NCBI GenBank assembly: GCA_010356995.1
Contig: ML996688.1
Span: forward strand, 930,001 to 994,000
Source: Trichodelitschia bisporula
Lineage: Eukaryota
Direction: 5' to 3'
Length of the DNA: 64,000 bases
A program made the position numbers and the translations under genes. Shown here piece by piece: positions 12,460 through 26,204 of this stretch; positions within the stretch are counted from its first letter, which is position 1; each line of letters starts with the position of its first letter. Below the pieces are notes generated by a model, which saw only the letters and a program-made list of their open reading frames with translations, was not told the origin of the DNA and made no database searches.

Positions 12460-13824
12460 CTACCGACACCGCCCCCCAATGCAATACCCGTCATGCCTAG
12501 GACACTTATCCTCCGTCAACAGCGCCGTAATCGCGGTAGCCGGTCTACTCCCTCCACTCGGCCCGGGACTCGCGCTCCACCCCCTCACCAGCCGCGGGAG
12601 CGTATCCCGCCCATACACGCCCTGCCCAAGCTCCCTCCCCCCCTCAAACGCCGGGAACGGCTCATGATCCGCCCTCACCGCCTGCGCCGCGCCCCCGGGA
12701 TGCGGACTATCCTCCGGCGTCGGCGGGTGCACTCCGCGCTCCGGGCTCCCGTATATGCCGGCCTGGCTCGGCGGCGGCGGGTACGCGTAGGTGCGCTCGT
12801 AGGAGGGCGGCCAGAAGGACGCGTCGTGCGGGTAGGCCTGCTTGGCTTGGGCCGGGGGGGGGGGGTCATGCCGGGTGCGCTCGGCGCGGCGGGCGGGGCC
12901 CTGGCGCCATGTATCCTCTAGCTTGGCGGGGTCGACGTCGGCGCCGTATTCCGCAGCAATGGCGCCCCAGAAGCCGGTGCGGTGCTGGTCGTAGATGGCG
13001 CGGAGGCGGTCGGTGTCGACGGGGGACTTGGCGGGCGCGGAAGCCGAGGCGCCGTTAACGGGGGGGAGGTGCGGCCCTGTGTTCGGCTGGGGCGGGGCTT
13101 CCGGGGTGGGCGCGAGGGAGCCGATGGAGAGGTGGTATGGGTTTGTGGAGATGCGAAGGCCGGTGGTGGGGTGGTGGAAGGAGCGCGGGGGGGAGGCGTC
13201 GGGGGTGAGGGGGCGGGGTTTGGGGAGGAGGAGTTTGTGGGGATGGCGGTGGGGGGTGGGGCCGTGCGGGGGGTAGGGGAGGTGGGAGGGGGGGGAGGAT
13301 CCGGGGATGAAGGGCGGGAGGAGGTGATTTGCGTGGGGGGTTGAGTAGTCGTCGTGGAGCAGGGCGGGGCCGCAGGGGAGCTGGTATTGGTGCTGTGGAG
13401 AGTGGCGCGAGGAACCGGATCCCGTGGACGAGGCGGTTGAGGAGGAGGAGGAGGTCGAGGAGGTGCGCTTGCGCCGATGGCTGCCGTGCGAGAGCTGGTG
13501 ATAGTGCAGACGGCACGCCAGTTCCGTCTTGTTCAGGTGGGCTGCGATATGCTTGTAGGGCATCTTCTGCAAGCGGGTTTGGAGCAGGTAGGTTTCCTGG
13601 GTTTTCGGGATATGTCAGCGGGGGTCTGATATTGAGCGGTCATTTCCCTTCAAATTTTACCCGCTCCAGGGCAATCAATATAAACAGATTTTCGCACAGG
13701 AACATACCTCTTCCTCAGACCAGGACCTATTCCCGCCGGTGGGTGCCGTTTTACGAGCTTTCGTAGCCATGGGTCGACCAATCTCCGAAATTGACGCCAT
13801 GGTCGAGGGTAACCGGTGCTGCAT
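12460..13824 (-). CDS. Myb/SANT-like transcription factor (Myb-A); exons 13824-13708 and 13596-12460; alternative in-frame ATG at 13800
   Basis: Repeat RSWSEEE|ETYLLQTRLQKMPYKHIAAHLNKTELACRLHY followed by RRKR. Degenerate second repeat DRLRAIYDQHRTGFWGAIAAEYG. GTATG..CTGAC..CAG intron. Confidence 0.88.
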
Positions 13825-16800
13825 GACGGCGTGCGGATCGCTCGAAGGGACGTGAGGGAAAGTATGCTATGTTGGAGGTATTCAATGTGACACGGAAGGT
13901 TCTATCCGGTCGCCAAAGGACGACGTCGATGAGAGTCTAGAAAGACGGTGCGGGCGTTGTAATGGTGATTAAAAAACCTGAGGGAGTACGAAAACGGTGT
14001 CTTGTCCAGCAAACCTCCGAAAAGGGAAAGAACGTAAAGCAGCCCAACCAGTGGGAGACGAAAGAAAGTAAGAGCTGCTGGAAGAAAAGCACGCCGGGTA
14101 CCTATGGGGCGGAATAGTGATATCAGTTCGATGGATAGGAAAACATCTCGGAAGGGTGGGGGGCGAGGGGCTAATGGGTGGATATAAGATAGATCTGAGG
14201 GACACGGGAAGCCAAGATGGCAGCAGGTACGGGAGCATTGCGATTGGGGGGTTCCATGTGCCATGGGCGAGGGGTTGAGGATGGTGTGTGCGCAGCTGCC
14301 AGTGGGCGTGGCGCGATTTGAGGTTAGGAACGTTTTCAAACTGCGTTCCGCAGCCAGGAGATGCGGCACAAGTGAAGTGGACCAAACACAGCACAGTCGA
14401 GCCAGGGAACAGTGGGTTCGCAGGCCGTTGCTGGGCCGCTGGCACGACAGCCGTCGCGGGCGCGGGCTGGGCGTGGGAGCATGAATTTGGGCGGTGTTGT
14501 GAGGAGAGGCGGCGACGTTTCTCAAACTCGCGTCGGAAAACGAGATGAAGTAGGAGGTGGTTGATTCACGGAGGCGTCCGCCCGCAGCATGTCCAGCGAA
14601 AGTCGGGACGCACTGTAAGTGGCGAGACCCATGGGGAGCCTCACGCCTGTCACAGCCTGGGCCGCATGGTACCTGGACTCTAGGCGGGGTGAGCGAAGGG
14701 TAAGCGTGGGAATTCTAGTCCCAAGGACTCGGAGAAGCATCCGCAGCCGGCGTCTATCGCATCCTATGGCAATCCCGAGCGGTGTCGCAAAGGCGGGATG
14801 AGAGAGACGGGGTGCCGAAGGGCGGGGGGTGGTCAGGAATACGGTCAACAAACATCTTGATGCCGTAGACTCAGGGGGAGCCAATCGAGGAATTATCAAC
14901 AGGGAAGCTTTCCGGCAAGTTTTGGAGCCGGAGCAGATGGCGCACGCAGGGCTGTGGTGGTGCAAACTGCGAACCGTCAAGCCGCAGCCGGCGCGAAGAG
15001 AAAACAAACGTCGAGCGAATCAACACTTCTCCAACACATCGGCTGTCAGATAGAATAGATGTGATGTTGACGCGGGGAAGGGGACGGGAGCGTGTTAGGC
15101 GCCAACAAGCCTTCTCTTACAAAGGGCCGTTTGATCGCGTTTCAAGCCGTCGCATCAGCCTCTGCCGTTGGCTCTTGGCGGCGCCGAAACAGGCCATAGG
15201 GGGCATGGCCAGAGAGACGTCCACACTCTGCAGGTACATGAACATTTTTAAGCCGTTGAAGTTTGAAAAGGGGGGGGGGGGGGTGGCATGCAGCATGCAG
15301 CAGTGTGGAGAAGGAGGGAAGAAAGGGAGGGTGGCGGGGAGAGAGAGCGAAAGTTCAAAGACCCGTCTCTCGGCCCTCCCACTTTCACAAACTTCCGTAT
15401 ACTTCGGGAGAATGGGAGTACAAAGCAAAGCAAGGCCGGCAAGGCCAAAGCACGAGGTCAACCAGCGCCGGCCAGCTTAACCAGGGTGGGGGATCCTGGT
15501 ATCCTCAGCGCAAGCCATGTCGCTGCACAGAGCCCAGCAGAGTGCGGAATAATATGCGGGGCCGTTCATGCGGACAAGAGACAAAAATGTTCAGCGTGAC
15601 TATCTCAAGTGCTGTCCGATGGTCGAAGGATTTGATGAGGAATGGTCAGGATGCGAGAAAGTCCATATTGCTATACTTCTGGATGTCGATGATTGATACG
15701 CTCGGAGCGAGGCGTGAAACTAAACCTTGCGAAAAGGACGTCGCATGAATGGCAAATGGAGTCATCGTCTACCGTCGGCCATCATCTCTCCAGAGTAATT
15801 AGCATGGTAGCATAACTCTGTTCTTCCTTTTACCCAGCCATCTTCGTCTGGTTCCCATGGCTGTTGGTCACTGGTCACTTCCCTTACCCATGGCCTCATC
15901 CTCCCCCTCACCCCCGCAGCGCATCCATGTACAGCTCGTATGCATGCGGGGAGGAATGCTGCACTCGGCGCAGTACGCAACGCGCTGCAGTGCTGTAGGC
16001 ACGCGCAGCTGCTGTCGACATGGCTTAGAAGCTTTAGCAACCTCTTAGAAAATGCATCACAGCCACGGAAGGCTGTCGTCTCTTGTTCTCGAGTGGGATA
16101 TGACATCGGAAACCTGATCGATAGCTATGGTTACTGTCCCCGGCAGTGTCGGAATCAAACGGGCCGCTGAGAAACAAGACCTTGACTTTCGACTTCGCAT
16201 AGGTTTTCGATGGCGTACAAACAAGAAGTTGAGAGCATAGCAGGGGAGCTTTGCACTCACATCGAGCTAATATATCTTGACGCAGATGCTCTCTGCACAT
16301 GAGCAAGCCTCATATTGCTCAAGGTACGTACCCGACATGGTTCAGTACCCGGCTATTCGAATTCCATTTGGATGAACCATGAATCACCTTCCCCCCAGGA
16401 GTGGATGGACCGGCGACCGAGAGGCGAAGCGACTCGATCCAACTCCACGGCGATCTGTGCGGGAGGCAGCCACTCGGTAGCGGGTTCACCCGGGACATCG
16501 CATTGGTTCGGGGACCACAAGCCGGCAGTTGTGTACGTAGTGTGTACACCCTTGGATATCGCCAAAGCTCTTCCAATGATGAGCCGGGGGGTAGAAGTCG
16601 CATGTGTGCACAAGCGCCGGCTTGGCTGCACGAAGCCACCAGCCGTGGCGCTGGGGCGGGAACGGGAAAGGACCAGTTCGAGCGGGGGGGGGGGAGGTGT
16701 TGAGAAAGGCTGCGTACATGCAGTGGATTGAGCTGATAAAGGAGCAACTATCGTGAAATTTTTACCAATAGCAAAGAGGCGGAGCGGAGCGCGAATGCGT

Positions 16801-19022
16801 GGAGGAGGTTGGGGGGAGGTTGAAGAAGATGGAGGGGAAGGCAGGAGTGGGGTATTGGATGGAGGGGCCAAAATCTGGGGAAGCTACGGGTACATAGCTT
16901 ACATAAGTCTGGCACGGCCTGTTACCTCATGTCGTCATCCCTTCATCCACTACCGTACCTACAGCGCCACCGCGCCTATCGGCTGTGCGTGCGATGATTA
17001 GCACGGAGTGTCACTGAAGTACTACGTACTCTTTCTGCACACGCTCTGTTGTAGCAAGAGGCTCATGGCGAGGGAGAAAAGAAGGGAAAGGCGACGAAGA
17101 TGGGACGAGAGAGAGGAACACAGAGAGGGAGAGAGAGCGCGCTGTGTGCATGCTGTGCGTGGGTAGAACATACTCCGGTACTCCCGTGCTGCCTTTTCCA
17201 CACATCCATTTCTCACGGCTGTCGCGCCTCTTTCGCTTGTTGCCCTGTCATATGCCGCCAAAATCAGAAGAGTCAAAAAGAAAAGCAAAAAAGGAAAGAA
17301 GGGGAAAAATGACGAGTATGACAGCTTGAATACCGATCGTGAACCAGGATTGTCCTCGTTGGACGACTTTCGGCCACAGATTGAAGCTTATCCAGCCGAA
17401 ATTCCTCCGCGCGCAAGTACCTATCCGTTCACTTGGGGGCACGGAGTGACAAAGTTCGGCGCGCGTAGCAGCTACGGACCCGAGCTCCTTCATCTGCCCC
17501 GCCGTGGTCGAGCCGTCGACGTACACTCCATTTCTCTCTTCTCCTCGGACCACCTCCCTCCATACAGCTCGTCCTATTAATACCGCTTTGCGAGGAAATG
17601 CGGAGGGATTGAATTGCTACCGGGATAGCGAGTACTCATGTGGCCCGTCCAAGGTCCTTGTATTGTACTCGGTACTGCAATCCCAAATCCCACAAACCCC
17701 GCGCCTTGGGTTCGGAGGGACGCGCGATGAATGGACGGGCTTGGTGGGGCAAGATCCTCGTACCGTAGCGCAGCGACTGGTCTATTCGCTTCCAAAAAAG
17801 ACTCGAAGCGACGGATGGTGGCAGCAGTGCGCGAGAGACTTCTCTAGTGTGCAGAATTACGGCTTGCGAATCGGTGTTCGAGGAGAGATGGAGAGTACGG
17901 ATGTACTACTGCAAAGGTTTGGATGCAGCCTGGAACTGTTGAGCAGGGAAGAGCGGGGGAGGGGGGGGGCTGGACGAGCCATCGAGCCTTTTGACCCGGC
18001 GCGGAGAAAGATGCATGAAGGCGCCGTGTGGTGGGCGTCGAGCAAAGGCAGTGATTGGATTGAGGGTGGATAGAACTTAGACAAGCCTGAACGGCCACAA
18101 ATCAGACGAAAGACTGTTGCGTGGAGGGAATGGAATGGGAGAATAGGATGATAGTGATGATGGAGTGTGGAAATGGGGTGGTGGTTGTGGAGGTGGAGAC
18201 GACGATAGTAGTGCATCCATACGCGGAGTTGTCCCCATGGGCACTGTCAGCCATGGCCGATATTCCACTCCACCCCTCCTTTCCTCACCACTACCACCCC
18301 TCCTTTTCAATCCTCATCTTCATCCTCCCCCCCCAGTCCGTATCTTCCCCCCTCCATACCCAGGATAGCCTCTTGCTCTCCCCCCAATCAACGTTCACGA
18401 GCCTTACCTAGCTACCTCCACCATACAGTACTCTTTTTGATCTCTGAACCTCGTCCGATTTCCTTCCCTCTACCTCCCCTACCTAACCCCCTCCATCCTC
18501 TCCTCCCACATCCTCCCCCAGCTGCATCCCTCCACCCGACCCCACCTTTCTCGTCTCACACAGAAAACTCCATTACCCCCGGCGCCTTGTCGTTATACAC
18601 GCACTAGCCTATTAGCTCTACCGGGTCTGAACGTACCTCTACATCTCTCAGCAGTGCTACCTTCATACCATCTTCCAACTCCCCCTCCCGCACCCCCCAC
18701 CTCTCGTCTGGATAACCCCGCCCCGCCCACCTCCTCCCTTCCATCTCTCTCTCTCTTCCGCGGCCTTTGATTCGAGCCCCACGACGTGCATATTGTGATT
18801 CCAGGCAGCTTGCCGTGATTCTGCTCCCTGCTTCTGCTGCTACTCGTTACCACCGGTGCTGCTGCCGCTTGCGTCCACGGCTGTTGCTCTACGTCCGGCA
18901 CTCCCTTAGCTCTATCCTGGAGCTGAGCTCTGACCAGCAACCTTCGGTTCACTTCCTCTACGTCTCTTATACCTGTTATACACACCTGTTTGGTCCAACT
19001 TCTCACCCTGTTCGCTTGTTCT

Positions 19023-19065
19023 TCGCCTGTCTCGCCTGTCTCGCCTGTCTCGCCTGTCTCGCCTG
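19023..19065. repeat. 9-bp tandem repeat (TCGCCTGTC), about 4.5 copies
   Basis: Direct reading; lies in the leader region upstream of Myb-B. Confidence 0.85.
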
Positions 19066-19784
19066 CATCTCCACCTTACACCCCTCCTCCAACCCGCCCC
19101 CTCTCCCTCGCCATACCCTACGCTCCAACCACCATCTGCACCCCTCCACCTCTCCCCGCCCTCCTTCGCGTACTGTTTCCGTACGTACATCTACCTTTGA
19201 CGTCCGCGGGCCATGCCGCCATTGACTTGACGTCTCCCCCCACCTACCAGCCACATTGCTTCGACCGGGAACACATATCGCCGTACATTCCTACTTGAGC
19301 ATCGACATTCAAGCTAGTACAGCCTGCTTCTTAGCTCACAGCCTTTCCACCTCCGCCGATCCCGTCACTCCACATTTTCAACCCCGTATACGCAATCGAC
19401 AATGAAAGCAAGCCCTCTTTGGCGACTGCACTGACGAAGAACGACAAACACCTTAGCGAAAGACAGAACGAAGAAGTGGAAGAAGGAGAGACAAGAGTCG
19501 ATCTTACCCTTTTCAACAACTCCACAATCCCGCAACTCGTCCCTCTCTCCCTCCTTCCCTTCCCCTCCCCCGTCCCTTCCATCTCGTCCCTTTCCGCAAC
19601 GAGTAGCCGCGAACCGCCCCACCACATCCTAGGCCGTGCGCTCCTTCCCGTTTCTGCACGCCATCGACTCGACATCTCGACTGTTCCTTCCTCCACTTCT
19701 TCTCTTCTCTCGTCTCTCGTCTCTATTCTCTCTCTCTATTCTCTCTCTCTGTTCTCTCTCTCTCTTCTCCCATTCCCCCGAACC

Positions 19785-20947
19785 ATGCCGTAAGACTTCC
19801 ATCTCAACCTCTGCAACAACCTCATAGCCATACCCCGTACCGGTACATCTTTTCTCTATATACTCACACATTTGACATGGTCCCGTCACCATCTTATATC
19901 ATATATCACCTTGTCGTGCCATATTTTCTCTTGGCTCCATAAGGTTGTGGTTGCTCCCAGCACCTCTCTCAACTCTCACCATTCTTGGACGAAAGAAACA
20001 GCCGAAGCAAGGCTAACCTCACCCTCATGCCTCGGAACAGGAACACAGCCGCTGCTTCCAAGCGCACAATAAAACCTTCACCTGCAGCGACCGCTCCACC
20101 TCCTGCAAACCAACACATTAACTTCGACGTCAGCGGCATGTCGGCCGGGACTGAGGCTGTACCGCAACAGCCATCTGTCGGCTTCGTAACGGCCGTGCCA
20201 GCGCAACCAGCTCCTCCGGCCGCAGTGGCGCCCGCTGCGGTTCAGGCACCGAACCCGCGTAAACGCCGGGCGTCAGCGAATACCGGCCCGAGTCCTATAG
20301 CACCTGCACCTGCCGTTGCAGAGGCATCAACGGCGGCGGCGCAGACGGAGATGGCACCACCGGCGAAGAAAGGGAGGACGAATACACCCTGGACGCCGCA
20401 AGAGGAGCAGAGGCTAAAAGTAATGCGAGACCAGGGGAAGAGCTGGAGTGAGATCGCAAAGGTGGGTTTCTGCGGCGGTTAGACATGTCGAGAGAAGAAG
20501 GTGCGTTGCGATGCGAGAATGAAACTGACAAACCATTTGTAGACCTTTCCCTTGCGGACGGAGGGCAGCGTGAAGAAGCACTGGTACAAGGTAAGCGTTT
20601 TCGACTTGGTTCAATGTGGCGAGCTGACGTTCCTAGGATATGCATTACGCAGAGTTTGCAGAAGACGAGGTTGTTAACCCATTCTCTTGCTCTCTTCCCC
20701 GTCTCTGGGCGGACCAATCAAATATGAGCAATGTTTTTCTGACGATGATGAGAATTCTCAGAGCGCGGCACTTCTGGCTGCCATCAAGGAGTACGAGTCG
20801 AACAAATGGAAGGTGATTGGTCAGAAAGTCGGCAAGCCGGCCAAGGTGAGCCTCGGTGTTGACTATCAATGAGCAATCGCTAATGAAGGTGAAAACCTGT
20901 AGGCTTGTGAGCAATACGCAAAGGAGCACTTCGGGGGAAAGATGTGA
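19785..20947 (+). CDS. Two-repeat Myb transcription factor (Myb-B); exons 19785-19789, 20041-20461, 20543-20590, 20637-20669, 20762-20845, 20903-20947
   Basis: Spliced product contains NTPWTPQEEQRLKVMRDQGKSWSEIAK|TFPLRTEGSVKKHWYK|DMHYAEFAEDE|SAALLAAIKEYESNKWKVIGQKVGKPAK|ACEQYAKEHF. All introns are GT-AG and keep the frame. Confidence 0.9.
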
Positions 20948-23900
20948 CACTTACAGCGCATCTGATCGCTTCCCAGATCTTCGTCGTTCGGCCTTTTTAC
21001 TAGCGTCACTGTTTTACGCTTTTCGTCCCATTTTCGAGATACCAGCTTCCCAGTTTGTTGGAGCATTGCATGCCGGCCAGGATATCTTCGGAAGGCGGGC
21101 GAAGCCTTTTTCTCTTCATTTCTTGCTACTTCCCGGTGCTAAACCTTCTCTGCTCTCTATTCTCCGATGAAATCTAATGACTGACGATGGCGGGATCTGG
21201 GTCGAATCTGCGCTTTTGCTGCGGGGAAGCGGGAAAGCAACTATGCGTTAGTTTGCCTCCCACCTCTTCTTCCTTTTCATTTTGCTCTCTCGAGATCCGG
21301 GAATCGAGGAGCTGGGTTCTATTCATCTGGCATAGTAACGGTTTTGTTTTTCTTTCTCCATTCTCCTCCCGCGGGATATCGGGTTCTTTCATGGGAATGG
21401 GATAAGCGCGCGGCGGCGGCAGCGAAGGCGTAGTGCGGGAAGGAAAGAGGGTATATCACGGGCAAGCCGCTTTGTTCTCTGTTCCCCGCCATCCTCGTCC
21501 ACGTCCCAATTCTGACTCTGACTTAACAACCCTCCCTTACGCTTTCCTTACGCGTGCCCGGCCTTGCGCCCGCCGTCGGGAATTGCCACTTGAGCACAAG
21601 CGCTCGCGGCGGCACCCCGACATACCAGCTCGCCTTTGCTAGACCGATGCGGGTAGACACTTCATGCTAGCCTACGTTAATCAGCGTCCCGCGCGCCCTA
21701 CCCGCGAGACGGGTACCTACTGCAGTCGCAATACGGATACCAAGAGTAGAGGAGAGTGGGAACATGAAGGTCAATAATCCCCATCCCCACGGCATCCCCG
21801 AGACCCAATTCCCGATTCTAGCCACAACTTACCACACATATCCCCCGGCGAGCCCGCAGCCTTACGCATAACCACCGTGCGGCCCGTCGCGCATGCCGCT
21901 ACAGACACACACACAACACGGTCGGCGCGGCGCGCGCTTGCGCACAGCACGACGAGCACGACCACAGCACAAGGCGCAGATCCGGGCTGCGCCGATCGGG
22001 CAGCAAACGGGGACGCAGCAGATTTGCAGCGCGTGCTACGTCTCTAGCCTGAGAGGGCAGGACGGTAGGCGATGCTTACACACGGCGCGCTGGGCGGCCG
22101 CGAACGGGTTCAGAGCCGTTTCGGCCGCACCGCTTGCGCGCAAGATGAGGCCTGCTGTGCGATGGCGCTGCCGGTGTGGTGGTGCTACGACCGTTTGTTT
22201 TAGAAGGGAGGGGTGGTGGTACACGATTAGCGGGTGGGTGCTCGGCCTTACGAGCGACGGGTTGCGGGCTGTTGGGCGGTAGGTCGTCTGGATGTTGGAC
22301 GGATGGGGAGTAGCGCTTGTCTTTGCTGGGCGGGAAGGAGTTCGAGGGCCGTACCCGGCTAGTATGCCGTGGAGAGGTCGAGGCTGTACTCTGCGGATTG
22401 GAAGGGTGGGTATACGTACAGGGACGAGGTGTCGAGCCGGGGTCTCGAGGCATGGTGGGGTTAGATCGCGAGGAGGATCGCGCGTTGAGCCATCGACCGC
22501 CTTTTTTGCGGGTCGGCGGCGCGGGGTGAGCGGGTGACTAGGAAGCGATGTTGGAAAGTTGCGGCGGGCGGTGCGGGGTGCGCAGAGCAGATGGCGGTGG
22601 CAGGTAGAGAGTTGGATATTAGCCATGCCGTCAGACAGATTGGGGGGTGAGGAGTGAGTCCGGGTGGTGGATTTCCTGGCTTCTGCGTCACCGTGGTCAA
22701 TTTCAGCGAGCGGGGTGGTGTCTTGGTACTGGTGTTGGTCTCCGGGATTGCTTTTCGTAAAGTTGCTGGCCTGGCCTGGCCTTTCCTAGCCTTGCCGTCC
22801 GGTTTGATGGGCGCCCACGGGGAGAGGGACCTGTGCATGTACATGGACTTGCAAATTTGCATGACGGTACGGTGCGCGATACGGCGCGGTAGGGTTGATG
22901 GCTGCTGCCTGACAGTCAATATGAAGTGAGTCAGGCAAATATGCAGCCTCGTTTCTCTCTCATGGCGCAGTCCCGCACAGAGCTTTGCGGTCTTATGATG
23001 ACCGGGACTGAGAGAGGGCTTCAGCGGACGAGAGAAAGGATTCGGGGCTAAACTGCAAAGCGTGACTCGGGCCGGTTCTGTGTGCGTTTATAGTAGAGTC
23101 GTGCTAATGCAAAGAAGGAACATTGCTCGCAGTGCGCCCGCGCAGCATGCGCCCAGGCAGCAAAGCCAACTGGCCCGTGGGCCAGGAAACCTTTCCCAGC
23201 GAGAGTACGTACCCGGCAAGGCTGTGGGCGGTGGATAAGGCTCGCAGCGAGCTAGCGAGTCAGTTGGGATGGGGGGGAGAGTGAGTTGGTTGGAGGCTGT
23301 CTCCGCACGTCAAATTAATGTCCTGCAGTAGCATCCGGGTCGGACATGACTCTCCTGGACGGAAGGACGCCGGCTAAGGCGATATCACGTCAGTCGAATG
23401 CCGCATTTTGACTTTTAGCGGTTGAGCGAGCGGAAGTGGCGCTCGTGGTGGGGGTGGAGGGGAGGGGATAAATGGGTGTGGAAGACAAGGATTGCCGGCG
23501 GTGTGTGAAAGTCGAAACGGACGACGCATGACGGCATGTATGTACGTACGTACAGTGTGCTAGCGTTGTTCAAGAAAGACGTGTACGGGAGCTAAGGCGC
23601 GATAGAATCACTCGCAGGATCGGCGCATGGTGGCTGAGGGGGAAACGATGAGATGGTGTGCGATTGGGGGGGGGGGAGGGATGGGATTGCAGGATGGAGG
23701 GGGGAAGGACAGACGAGACGAAGGGTATCGGTGTGTACTCCGTATACGTGGCGCATTAGAACTAGTATGTGATGGTGTGGCAGAAAAGGTACTTGGGCGA
23801 TGTACCTCTCCCAAGCAAAGGCTGAGTAGTAGCGGTGATGATGGTTGAGCGTTGAGGTTTGAGGTTGTGGTGATGAAGTGAAGTGAAGAGAACAAAGTGG

Positions 23901-24044
23901 CCAAAGCCAAAAAGATGCCACGTTGCCTGGGGCATTCATTGACGACGATGGACCCACAATCTGCGGCAGGAAGTCCTCCGACCTCCGACTCTACTTGAGA
24001 CGCTTTGGACAGGCCTTGACGACGACACGTCTTCTCAGCTTCTC

Positions 24045-24045
<1 letters not shown>

Positions 24046-24093
<48 letters not shown>
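24046..24093. repeat. (CT)n microsatellite
   Basis: About 18 perfect TC units plus an imperfect extension. Confidence 0.95.
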
Positions 24094-26204
24094 ACTCTCC
24101 CCTCGCTTCATCGTCATTGTAACCTCTTCTCTCTATCGCCTACATCCGCCACCACCACCATCATCGTCATCGTCAAGAGATCACCGTAGTTCAAAGGAAC
24201 AAGCCAGGGATTTTCTAGCGATCTCCCGCAGCTGGACCAGACAATCCCCACCACATCATCGTTTCCGACTCGTATCTCGCATCTCGCCCTACGGTGGCTT
24301 GATCGATCTACCCCGGTCTTCCCCCATGGCTAACGTCCCTCGTCTCCAAAACCCTCAACACCTCACATATAGCCGGGGCGGTCTCCGCTATACATGTTCA
24401 GTGTCCCGCACTTGAAACACCGCCCGCTTGGACCTTTCCCTCATTCCACGGCTAAGTACAGTTACTGGTCACCGACAGTGCTCCTTAGTCCCAACAACCT
24501 TTCCCCAGTCCCCCGCGTCTGCATGCTGCATATCCCTGAAGAGAGCAAGCGAAAGCAAGCGAGCGAATCCTTCCGCGAACTCCCCCACCTCCCCTTGCAC
24601 TCGTCGCTCTCTCTTGTGCCTTTGCTGCTTTCTGCTTTCCGCTTGCATGGTTGCCCCATAAGTCTTGCAGCAAAAACACGGCTGAGTGCCTTCTCGTCAG
24701 TTTCCTCTTCCGGTCGGCAGCACTCTCCCATCGCTGTGCTCCCCGATATCCACGCGCCTGGGTTTTACGCCACGCTTCTTTTCTTCATCCTTCTCCTCGC
24801 CATCTCTTCGGCGATTCCGCAAATGCTCGCACACAGACTCTTTTTTTTTGCCCTGCTATAGTAGCACGTACAGACCCCAGACCCAAAAACCTCACCCCCC
24901 ACCCCCTGCCAAACTTTGGCCAGCGAACACCGCCTAACCCCGGTGCTGCTCCCCTCCTTTTGGGCCGGCCAAACCCCAAGCTTTCCTTTCCAGGTTTTCC
25001 GCTGTATATTGCTCGACGGCCGGGGACCATGTTGCGCATCGCATATCGTCGCAAACTCAACAGCCCGCTATGCTGTGTGCGGGCCTGCTGCTGGTCAGCG
25101 CCAGGCTGGCGCAGGAGGTTAGCCAAGCCTCTCAGCCATGCAATTCTTGTCGCAGCTTGAAGATCGTTCCGTGCACGTTCTAGAAAGCAGCAGGGCTGCC
25201 TGCACTTGCACACCTTCCGTACTTCCGCCATCTTGCCGGCCTTGCTGCAAGATACAATTCATGCGCCATTGGAACCGGCGGCTGCAGAGTTCCCGTCCCA
25301 ATCCATCGATACAGCCTCCTCCCGAACGCCCTTTGGGCTCTCCATCACCAGGCGCGCGGCGCTGGCGCGAGGCTGCCAAATGAGCTACCCCCCCTCCCCA
25401 ATATCCCCGCCCTAAGCAAACCGTTCCATCCCTCCACCTCCAAAACGAACACCCCACGAACTGTCCTTAACTATTCACTGTAAGATGCTAGCTCAACACA
25501 AGCACCTACGCACCGGCACATTCACGGCCAATGCCCCAAGATTGCAGTGCCGGTGTGTGCCATTCCGGCAATGGACCACCGCATTATGCCCGCAACAGAA
25601 TCTGTCTCTCCCGCTGCCCGACCCAGCCGAACGTCCCCCCCCCCCTTCTCCTCCCTCCCAATCCACCCACCACCCCTCCCCACCTCCCTTCAGGAACATA
25701 TGCCGTCTCGTGGGAGAATAGATGCCTCGTTGCCCACTTCACGGGCGCCTGGGCTTCTTGTGTGTCCGTGTGCCGACTGCTGCGCCTGCCTTGCACTTGC
25801 TTCGCACACCTCTGATATGGAAGGGTGTGATCCGAGCTCCTCTTAATGCTGCTCTGCGAATCGCAGAACCCATCCCCAAGGGTTATAATGCGCACGCGCA
25901 CCCGGCTCTTAGTGATGAGGATCTTTTTGCTCCACACCCCTCCCTCGCCCCCATCCCCAACCCTATATCCGTTTCCAGATAACCCTCGAACCCCGGACTT
26001 GCTAAGCTTTCCGCCCTCTGTCTATGGCGCCTCGCTTCGGGTTACTTCCGCCGAAGCCATAATTCTGAACGTGCGCGATACACATCTCTGCTCCATTCTC
26101 GGCGTCGACTTTACACCCTGGGCTCTATCTTTCTGGCTCTGGTCTCACCGGGCGACGTGCCAGAGCCAATCTAGCTCTGGCAGTCTCCATGCATATTCGC
26201 AACG

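Noticed and set aside
13902..19892. Many 60-200 aa ORFs between Myb-A and Myb-B
   Set aside because: Low complexity, mostly non-ATG starts, no domains and no coherent splice model. Expected in GC-rich, skewed DNA.
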